Source: Clostridia bacterium | Lineage (GTDB): Bacteria; Bacillota; Clostridia; TANB77; RGIG9151 | Direction: 5' to 3' | NCBI GenBank assembly: GCA_016287855.1 | Contig: JAEEXS010000008.1 | Span: 1-28,728 of the forward strand | Length of the DNA: 28,728 nucleotides | In this document: piece after piece, positions 18,661-26,160 of the stretch | How positions within the stretch are numbered: position 1 is the stretch's first letter | How the letters are laid out: every line of letters starts with the position of its first letter | The notes under the pieces: generated by a model | The model's input: only the letters and a program-made list of their open reading frames with translations | The model's database searches: none | What the model was told of the DNA's origin: nothing | Made by a program: the position numbers and the translations under genes

Positions 18661-18694
18661 TGTTTTGAGCGTGTTTTTATACACGCTCAAAACA
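18661..18694 (+). promoter_or_regulatory. Perfect 14-bp stem-loop inside the operon (partial terminator / RNA-stabiliser candidate)
   Basis: TGTTTTGAGCGTGT (18661-18674), loop TTTTAT, ACACGCTCAAAACA (18681-18694). It starts 9 nt after the paralog-3 stop. It is followed by ATAATTACTT, which is not a clean U-tract. Confidence 0.55.
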
Positions 18695-18717
18695 ATAATT
18701 ACTTGGAGGTGGTTATA

Positions 18718-19071
18718 TTGAACACATATATGATTCCACGTGAAGCTACCAATGAAAACAGGTTTTTAATTTTTACACCCCAAGCAGCAATATTTTCTTT
18801 AATAGGTTTTGGTATTGGACTATGTTTTGTATTTATTTTTAACTTTATAGCTGATATGGCTCAAAATTCAATTGCTACTTATATCGGCTGGGGAATATGC
18901 GTATTAATCGTATTAATAGGGTATGCTCTTGGCACATTTAACATACCTGACACAACAGCATTTGATATATGTAGGAAAACAGGTGGAGAACCTGCTTATG
19001 TTATTATAAAACGTGCAGTCACGTTCAACAAAAGAAAAAAGATTTATATCTATGAAAGGGGAAAGTTCTAA
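18718..19071 (+). CDS. PrgI/VirB3-like small two-TM protein
   Basis: About 117 aa. GGAGGTGG at 18705-18712 favours the TTG at 18718; ATG 18730 and TTG 18703 are alternatives. Two TM helices and a basic C-terminal tail (VIIKRAVTFNKRKKIYIYERGKF). It sits just upstream of the VirB4-type ATPase, separated from it only by the 349-aa bitopic gene, as PrgI/VirB3 analogues do. Confidence 0.5.
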   Translation: MNTYMIPREATNENRFLIFTPQAAIFSLIGFGIGLCFVFIFNFIADMAQNSIATYIGWGICVLIVLIGYALGTFNIPDTTAFDICRKTGGEPAYVIIKRAVTFNKRKKIYIYERGKF

Positions 19072-20120
19072 TGGATGGTTTCTCAAAAGGGTCACTTATT
19101 TTATTGTTGGCCGTTATATTCTTTATAATTGTTGCCTTAGTCGTAATTCTCTTAATCATGAAGAAAAATGAAGAAGAGGCTAATCGACCTGGTGCAAATA
19201 GAGTAAAACAAACCCCGCTTGGTATGAGCTATGATGATATAAGAAACTTTCTTCCTTTCGATGATATAAAAGACAATATGATAGTACAAGAAAAAGGCGA
19301 AAAATATACTATGCTTGTAGAATGTCATGGTATAAACTATTATCTTATGTCAGATGTTGAAAAAATAGCCGTAGAAGAAGGGTTTATTCAATTTTTAAAC
19401 TCCCTTCGCTTCCCTATCCAAATTTACGTTCAATCTAGGACTGTAAATTTAGATGAAAGTATACGAGCTTATAGTGAAAAGTATAATAAGATTCAAGATG
19501 AATTTAATAAAATGCTTGAAAAATTCCAAGAATTAAATAGAAAAGGTGCATCTACTGATGATATCTTAGCTCTTGGATATGAACTTGAAAAGAAAGAAAA
19601 AGTATTAAATTATACAAAAGATTTAATAGATAACGTTTCATATATGACTCAAAACACTAACGTACTTGAGAAAAAATACTATATAGCAGTTTCCTACCAT
19701 ACTACCGAAGCTGGTATCGTTAATACAATGAGTGAAGCTGATTTATATAGAATGGCTTATGCAGAATTAAGTAACCGTGCTGAAAGTATTTGTGCAGGAC
19801 TAGTATCTTGTGGTGTTGAAGCCAATATATTAGATACCTACCAACTTACAGACGTGATGTATATCGCTGTTAATCGCGATGATGCAGATATCTTTAATAT
19901 TAATAAGATTGTAGATTCTCAGATTAATTCTATATCTATAACATCTAAATCAACTAAAGAAAAACGTGATGAACTTTATAGAGCTGAAAAAAGAGCTCGT
20001 GAAATCAAAGAAGAACAAGAACGTATGCTTCAAGCTGAAGCTGAAAGGCGCGAATATTTAGCACAACAAAGTTTTTCATCATCTAATAATGATGAAGTTA
20101 GTGAGTCCACACTTTTATAA
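19071..20120 (+). CDS. Bitopic membrane protein of the T4SS-like operon (function unassigned)
   Basis: 349 aa. The ATG overlaps the upstream stop (TAATG); RBS AAAGGGG. One N-terminal TM (SLILLLAVIFFIIVALVVILLIM). The segment FLPFDDIKDNMIVQEKGEKYTMLVECHGINYYLMSDVEKIAVEEGFIQFLNSLRFPIQIYVQ reminds me of the N-terminal domain of Gram-positive VirB4 proteins. The tail is charged and coiled-coil-like (KEKRDELYRAEKRAREIKEEQERMLQAEAERREY). Confidence 0.55.
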   Translation: MDGFSKGSLILLLAVIFFIIVALVVILLIMKKNEEEANRPGANRVKQTPLGMSYDDIRNFLPFDDIKDNMIVQEKGEKYTMLVECHGINYYLMSDVEKIAVEEGFIQFLNSLRFPIQIYVQSRTVNLDESIRAYSEKYNKIQDEFNKMLEKFQELNRKGASTDDILALGYELEKKEKVLNYTKDLIDNVSYMTQNTNVLEKKYYIAVSYHTTEAGIVNTMSEADLYRMAYAELSNRAESICAGLVSCGVEANILDTYQLTDVMYIAVNRDDADIFNINKIVDSQINSISITSKSTKEKRDELYRAEKRAREIKEEQERMLQAEAERREYLAQQSFSSSNNDEVSESTLL

Positions 20121-20148
20121 GACTCATGTTTAGAAAGGAGTTCTTCCT

Positions 20149-22182
20149 ATGAAAACTGATTATTTAAATAGAGTAGACCGTGGAGGTTATAACCACGCTC
20201 AACAGGATACCACAATCACTTCAGTTGATGACGGAGAAAATATACTTGAAAAAAATGTCACATCAATAAAAGATATAATTCTACAATCTGGAATTGATGC
20301 GACTTCATATAACCATTTACAGTTTTTTGCGAAAGCAACTAGATATTGTAGAAGCTTTTATGTAGCTTCTGTTCCACGTATGGCTACATTCGTAGAATTC
20401 TTAAGCTCTATGTATGATTTCGGAGATATAAATGTTTCCGTACATATAGAGCCTATTCCCGAAGCTATGTCTCAAAACGACTTAAACAAAATGATTTCAG
20501 ATATAGAATCAGAAATCATAGTTGCTCAGAAAAAAGGAGATACAAACCGTGCATCAGTTTTACAAGACAAGTTTTCTGAAGCAGATCAATTAAGAAGTGA
20601 AATTGCTGCCGGTTTTAATAAGTTATACGATGTATCTATATTTTGTACAATATCTTCTTATGACCTAAATGAACTTGATAGATTGTCCGAGTTACTTGCA
20701 ATGGAAGTTTCAAAAAATCTTTTAGTACTAAAAACTGCTTGGGCAATTCAAGAAGATTGCTTTAAATCCAATTTACCACTCAATCTTGATTTGGTAAAGA
20801 AAAAACATACCTTTGATAAAAGATCAGTTGCAACAGTATTTCCATTTACTACTGCTGAAATTGGTCATTCAACAGGTGTACCACTAGGTATTAACGCTCA
20901 AACCGGAGTTCCCGTATTATTCGACAACTTCCACCCTTCCCTAACCAACTATAATATGGTTGTGTTTGGTAAGTCTGGTGCCGGTAAAGGTGTTACTATA
21001 AAAGTATTAACTGCTCGTTCCTCTGTTCTTATGGGAATTGAAACCTTAGCTCTTGACGCCGAAGGTGAATATGGAGTTGTTGCTCAATCCTTAGACGGAG
21101 TTAACGTAGTTATAAGCCCAACATCAAATACAATAATAAATCTATTCGATGTTGAAGCTGAAAAAACAAGAGATGAAATCACTGGTCGTGAAAGAAATAC
21201 TGTAAATATAGAAAATAAAGTTGAAGACGTAACTCAATCTTTAGTTACAATGGCACGTGGTTCTACTAAGAGTACAGAAGTCAACGAACTTACAAAGCAG
21301 ATTATCGCTGAGGCAGTTGCTGAAGAATACCGAGCTATCGGAATTACAAGTGATCCTGAATCTTTATACGATATGAATTCTGCTTCCGTTTGGGAAAATG
21401 GTGTTCTTGTAAAACCTAAAAAACAAATGCCAACTGTTGGTTCTTGGTATGAAAGAATTTGTCAAAAAGCTGAAGAAAATACAAATCCAGATTACCAATT
21501 CCACTTTAGCTACCTTGTAAAGGTTATGAAACAATACGTAAGAAAATACAATGGACAAATGAGTTACTTTGATGGACAATCTACCTTTAATCTGTTAGAT
21601 AATGTTCCATTCATAAACTTAGACATATCTCAACTAGAGGAACGTTTTGCAAGACCTCTTGCTCAACAAATACTTCTATCTTGGATATGGGAAAAATACG
21701 TTAAGAAAAATAGTGAAGATAAGACTGTTGCTAGAAAAAAACGTGTTATAATTGATGAGGCTTGGATGATGCTTGCATATCCAGAAGCCGTAGACTTCTT
21801 AAATACAATGGCACGTCGTGCAAGAAAAAGAAACGTTTCTCTAGCTGTTGTTTCTCAAAAGTTCCAAGATTTCTATGAAACTAAAGAAGCTCAAGCAGTT
21901 TTAACATCTTCAGATACTAAACTTTTCTTAGCGCAAGATAAATCTGAAATTGAATACTTAAAAGAAGTATTTAAACTTAGCTCAGGAGAGGCTTCCTTCC
22001 TAACTACTTGTACAAGAGGAAGCGGATTATTAAAAGTCGGACCTGCTACTGCTATTTTAGAGATACATCCTACAGAATTAGAATTTGACTTTGTAGAAAC
22101 AAATATGTCTAAGATTGTAGAACGCGAGAACGCAAAAAATGAAAATGATGAAAATGATGAAAATAACGAAGAAGATATTTAA
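20149..22182 (+). CDS. VirB4-type conjugation/secretion ATPase (Gram-positive CD1110/TcpF/PrgJ-like)
   Basis: 677 aa, RBS AAAGGAG. Walker A FGKSGAGKGV (nt 20968-20991) and Walker B KRVIIDEAWMML. SLAVVSQKFQDF is also present. The N-terminal non-ATPase domain is typical of VirB4. The acidic tail ENDENDENNEEDI is encoded by a 9-nt tandem repeat. Confidence 0.8.
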   Translation: MKTDYLNRVDRGGYNHAQQDTTITSVDDGENILEKNVTSIKDIILQSGIDATSYNHLQFFAKATRYCRSFYVASVPRMATFVEFLSSMYDFGDINVSVHIEPIPEAMSQNDLNKMISDIESEIIVAQKKGDTNRASVLQDKFSEADQLRSEIAAGFNKLYDVSIFCTISSYDLNELDRLSELLAMEVSKNLLVLKTAWAIQEDCFKSNLPLNLDLVKKKHTFDKRSVATVFPFTTAEIGHSTGVPLGINAQTGVPVLFDNFHPSLTNYNMVVFGKSGAGKGVTIKVLTARSSVLMGIETLALDAEGEYGVVAQSLDGVNVVISPTSNTIINLFDVEAEKTRDEITGRERNTVNIENKVEDVTQSLVTMARGSTKSTEVNELTKQIIAEAVAEEYRAIGITSDPESLYDMNSASVWENGVLVKPKKQMPTVGSWYERICQKAEENTNPDYQFHFSYLVKVMKQYVRKYNGQMSYFDGQSTFNLLDNVPFINLDISQLEERFARPLAQQILLSWIWEKYVKKNSEDKTVARKKRVIIDEAWMMLAYPEAVDFLNTMARRARKRNVSLAVVSQKFQDFYETKEAQAVLTSSDTKLFLAQDKSEIEYLKEVFKLSSGEASFLTTCTRGSGLLKVGPATAILEIHPTELEFDFVETNMSKIVERENAKNENDENDENNEEDI

Positions 22183-22201
22183 TTAGAAAGTGGGTGTCAG
22201 T

Positions 22202-25200
22202 ATGAAAAAATTTTTTAGTCTATTTTTAGTAATGATTTTAATATTAAATTTTGTATCTTTTTCATACGCAGATACTGTTAATACTATAGATAGACTTATT
22301 GATGTTAATCCAGATGCTGTAATTTCTGTTCCTGAGCCTTCTACTCCCCCTGAAACTGATGATGAAGATCCAGATTTCGGAAGTGAAGGTGCTAAACCAA
22401 GGTGGGGAATATTCGAGCCTATAATAAGTCTTATAGAAGATATTTTAGCTTTTTTACCTTCTATGGTATTAAGGATAATATATTTAATTCCTACTTTAGA
22501 TGGAATAATTTTTAATACAAATAGACTATTTAGTATTACTCTTTTTGATACAGTTGTGCCAGCAGATACAAGTGATGCAGCCGATGCAGCCGGTACAGCT
22601 AGTACGGGTGATGCAGCCGGTACAGCAACTGAAACAATTAAAAGTGGGTCTGTTTCAGCATATCTTCAATCTTCTATCTCAGCAGTTTACAATGCTTTTA
22701 GATATTTAGTTACTGCTGTATATATAGTAGTTTTAGTTTATTTAGCAATTAGAATGATGTTATCTTCTGTAGGTCGTCAAAAAGCAAAATATAAAGAATT
22801 ATTTAAATATTGGCTTATAGGACTATTACTCCTCTTCTCCTTCCACTGGGTAATGGCTGGTGTTATTTGGCTATCTAATACAATAGTAGAGATTTTATAT
22901 AAGACAACTATTTCTATGATGTCTTCCACTACTGTTTGGGAAGAGGTTTCTAAAGTATCTCATTTTTCTGCTACTCATTATAATCAATCACCTATTACAG
23001 ATTATATATTTTATGAAATTACTCATTTCTTAGGAACAGTTGCTGAAATAGGATTGGTAGCTTCCGTTTTTGGATGGGCTTTGGTATTTGCTGTACCAAT
23101 TCTTGCTCTTGTATTTGCAATTATGCTTATAAGATCCGCTTTTAGTATTATTATTACTTACTTTAAACGTTTGTTTACCATATTAGTTTTAGTATTACTA
23201 TTCCCTATCGTAGTACTTTCTTATGTGTTTGATAAAATAGGAGATAGGAAAGCTCAAACCCTTTCGATATGGATTAAAGAGTTTGTAACTAACGTAATGA
23301 TACAACCTATTCACGCCCTAATACTTACATTCATTGGTATTATGTTTGCGAAAGCTTCTTCTTCCCTATTACTTAATAATGCATTTTTTGGCCCTATTTT
23401 CTGTTTACTAGCTCTAAGATTAATACCTATGGGCGAAGAATTATTAAAGAAATTATTCCAGATATCTTCTCAAATGGGACCTGGTTCTCATGGTATCGCC
23501 GGTTCTGTTGCTCAAGCTGGCTTAGCTCTTCGTGGTATGAGAGAAATGGGAGGAGCTTTAAAGAGTAATTTTTCGAATATTAAAGATTTAAGGAATTTAC
23601 GAAAACAGCATGGAATAGAATCTAGCTTCAAGACTGCTACAAAAGGAGCTGCTTTATTCAGTAAAGGTGAAGATGGTAAACTACATCTTAATTCAAAAGA
23701 CCAACGAGGTCTAAATGGAGCTCGTGCTGCTCTTAGTTCTCGAAATAACGAAGAATATAAAAGAGCTTATGAGGATTATAAAAAAGCTGTTAAGAAAAAG
23801 ACTAATTCTAAAAATATGGTAGGAGCTCTTGCTAAAACATATGCTCCAGCTGCCGGTGTTGCTTATGGTATAGGTGGTGCTATAACAAGTGCTGGGTCAG
23901 GTCAATTCTTATCCAAGGCCGCTACAAATGCTGCTATTGCAGGATCAGCAGCAGGAGCAATTGCTAAGGCTCCTGGCGCTGTAGATAAGTTTATTCATGG
24001 TGATGATGAATCAGCTAAACAATATGAAAAATTACTTAAGAAGATTAAGAATACAGATTTAGACTCTATGGATTCAACTGAAAAGAAACGTATATCGACT
24101 CTAACTGGCATCCCTGAATCTGCTTTAACTGAGGCTAATAGAGCACGACTAGAACTAGATATCAATGCTATGGCTACTGCTGCTAGATTTGGTGCACCTT
24201 CAGATAAAGTTAAAGACTTTACGTCTTATTCTCGTCAGAAGAAATTAATTGAAGACGGGCTTATGCCTGACGGAAGCGGTGCTACATTTGATAAATCTCT
24301 ATTTACAAATGTTCAACGTACCAAAGATGGATATACTGGTGAATATAATGGTCAAAGATATTATATTGGTGGCAAAGGCAGTGAAGATGACCTTGTTGAC
24401 TTTAACAATCCTACTAAATGGGCTGATGCTAAGAAAGCTTATGATGCTGCTTCAACCAAGGTAAATACTGCTGAAATCGAGTTAAGTGATCTTAATACTA
24501 CACATTCTGAATTAGTAAAAGCACGCGATAAAGCTAAATCTCGTGGTAATACTGAAGAAGCAACTAGATTGCAACACGAAATTAATATTAATAGTGATAA
24601 AATCTCATCTAAAAAGACTGAAATTCGTGAAGCAAAACTAATAAGAGATGATACTGAAAAAACATTGAATTCACTAATAGATGCAGATATTGATTACCAT
24701 ACTAAATTTATGGGAGAGGCTGCTCCTGAGCATGCTGAATCTGCAGTTAAGTTAATAAGAAAAGATCCTAGCAAAGGTTCTTACACAATATCTGGCGTAG
24801 ATTCTGATGGTAATATAGATTATAGTGTAGATCCTCGTACGTTTACTATTACATATCAAGGTCAAACATTTACAACAGAAACTCCTCGCAATATGTTGAA
24901 TACTTCTCAACAGCTAGTAGCCGACTATTATGCTGCTAATGAAGCACTCGCTACTGCTGATACCACCCTAACTGCAGCACAAAATAACTTACAACTAGCT
25001 GTTGCCCAAAATCTCAGCGATCCTGGTAGTGTTTCTGCCGCTGATGTTGCCGTAGCTCAAACAGCTTACGATCAAGCTCAAGCAGCTTATGATCAAGCAC
25101 GGTTAGATCGTAGAAATGCAGGCGAAAGAATAATAAAGAGAAATCCAAATAACGGAAATATTAGTATAGATGGACGCAGTATGATAGTTACATATAAGGA

Positions 25201-26125
25201 TGAATCATATACTATGCAAACTCCTGATTACATGCTAGATTCTACTCAAAGAGTAGTAGCCGAGTATGACGATGCTACAACCGCTTTACGTGAAGCCGAA
25301 ACTGATTATAATGTAGCATCTGCAGCTAATGATACAGTTGCTATGAATAATGCTAATTTAAGACGTATTGAGGCTAGTGAACAACAAAGACTTGCTGCTT
25401 ATAAAATGGTTGTACAAAATCCTTCTAAAGGAAGTTACATTCAATCTGGAAACAATTATACTGTAACTGTAAATGCAAATGCTGAAAAAGGACAACAAGA
25501 AGAAACATTTAGTATTCCAGTAGTAAATCCTGCTTCAGTAGAGCAAGCTCAACATGTTATATATCAATCTGTAATGACTGAAGCTAAACAAGAAAAATAT
25601 GTTGAGTTAAGAGACAATTATATTAGTGCTATAGAGAGTGAAGATGCTAAAGCAATAAATACTGCAGATAGAGCGTTAAATAAATTCATTAATGAAACTT
25701 CTAAAGATGTGTCTGATACATTTAACGCATATACTGCAAACCCTTCTTCTGCTCCAGCTAATACTACTGATTTCGGACCATCTCTTGATTTACGAGGTCT
25801 CTTTACTAGTATAGCTGCTAATCCTAATACTCCTACGCCTGCCTTTACTGCCTCTATGATAGATTCTACGTTAGATGAAGACTTATTTGCTTCTGGTGCT
25901 TGTACTGAATTATCAGATTTCTTAAAAGACACGAGCCAAAAACTTATAATTTTGCAAAAAAATGTTGCTAATATTGTAATTAGTATTAAAGAATTTGGTG
26001 TTCTTAAACCTGTAAAAGAAATTTACGATGTTAGTACCTTAACTATGGAAGCAATATTTGGCGATTCAGATGATCCTGTAACAATATTCTTTAAAGATGG
26101 TAGATGGTATATAAAAGAAAAATAA
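22202..26125 (+). CDS. Giant VirB6/TrbL-like polytopic membrane protein with a long repeat-bearing C-terminal domain
   Basis: 1307 aa from the ATG at 22202; the ORF-track GTG at 22190 is less likely. Signal-peptide-like MKKFFSLFLVMILILNFVSFSYA. At least 6 TM helices lie between ~22650 and 23440, for example FKRLFTILVLVLLFPIVVLSYVF. After that come a Gly/Ala-rich segment (~23830-23990), a coiled-coil-like stretch (~24440-24700) and three divergent repeats. It follows VirB4 directly, as VirB6 analogues (TcpH/ConG/Orf15) do. Confidence 0.6.
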   Translation: MKKFFSLFLVMILILNFVSFSYADTVNTIDRLIDVNPDAVISVPEPSTPPETDDEDPDFGSEGAKPRWGIFEPIISLIEDILAFLPSMVLRIIYLIPTLDGIIFNTNRLFSITLFDTVVPADTSDAADAAGTASTGDAAGTATETIKSGSVSAYLQSSISAVYNAFRYLVTAVYIVVLVYLAIRMMLSSVGRQKAKYKELFKYWLIGLLLLFSFHWVMAGVIWLSNTIVEILYKTTISMMSSTTVWEEVSKVSHFSATHYNQSPITDYIFYEITHFLGTVAEIGLVASVFGWALVFAVPILALVFAIMLIRSAFSIIITYFKRLFTILVLVLLFPIVVLSYVFDKIGDRKAQTLSIWIKEFVTNVMIQPIHALILTFIGIMFAKASSSLLLNNAFFGPIFCLLALRLIPMGEELLKKLFQISSQMGPGSHGIAGSVAQAGLALRGMREMGGALKSNFSNIKDLRNLRKQHGIESSFKTATKGAALFSKGEDGKLHLNSKDQRGLNGARAALSSRNNEEYKRAYEDYKKAVKKKTNSKNMVGALAKTYAPAAGVAYGIGGAITSAGSGQFLSKAATNAAIAGSAAGAIAKAPGAVDKFIHGDDESAKQYEKLLKKIKNTDLDSMDSTEKKRISTLTGIPESALTEANRARLELDINAMATAARFGAPSDKVKDFTSYSRQKKLIEDGLMPDGSGATFDKSLFTNVQRTKDGYTGEYNGQRYYIGGKGSEDDLVDFNNPTKWADAKKAYDAASTKVNTAEIELSDLNTTHSELVKARDKAKSRGNTEEATRLQHEININSDKISSKKTEIREAKLIRDDTEKTLNSLIDADIDYHTKFMGEAAPEHAESAVKLIRKDPSKGSYTISGVDSDGNIDYSVDPRTFTITYQGQTFTTETPRNMLNTSQQLVADYYAANEALATADTTLTAAQNNLQLAVAQNLSDPGSVSAADVAVAQTAYDQAQAAYDQARLDRRNAGERIIKRNPNNGNISIDGRSMIVTYKDESYTMQTPDYMLDSTQRVVAEYDDATTALREAETDYNVASAANDTVAMNNANLRRIEASEQQRLAAYKMVVQNPSKGSYIQSGNNYTVTVNANAEKGQQEETFSIPVVNPASVEQAQHVIYQSVMTEAKQEKYVELRDNYISAIESEDAKAINTADRALNKFINETSKDVSDTFNAYTANPSSAPANTTDFGPSLDLRGLFTSIAANPNTPTPAFTASMIDSTLDEDLFASGACTELSDFLKDTSQKLIILQKNVANIVISIKEFGVLKPVKEIYDVSTLTMEAIFGDSDDPVTIFFKDGRWYIKEK
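24755..25620 (+). repeat. Three divergent protein-level repeats (~70-80 aa) in the C-terminal domain of the VirB6-like protein
   Basis: R1, 24755-24985: IRKDPSKGSYTISG...FTITYQGQTFTTETPRNMLNTSQQLVADYYAANEALATADT. R2, 25133-25335: IKRNPNNGNISIDG...MIVTYKDESYTMQTPDYMLDSTQRVVAEYDDATTALREAET. R3, 25409-25620: VQNPSKGSYIQSG...YTVTVNANAEKG...; R3 is more diverged. Confidence 0.7.
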
Positions 26126-26160
26126 CAACACTTATTCCAGTAACCAAGAAGGTGATTTAT

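Noticed and set aside
20149-22182. Type VII (EssC/FtsK-like) secretion ATPase
   Set aside because: It has only one P-loop module and a VirB4-style N-terminal domain. There are no FHA or duplicated FtsK domains and no WXG100-like small genes.
22202-26125. Phage tape-measure protein / prophage tail module
   Set aside because: The size and coiled-coil content are superficially similar. However, it has a signal peptide and at least 6 TM helices, it directly follows a VirB4 ATPase, and no capsid, portal, terminase or tail genes are nearby.
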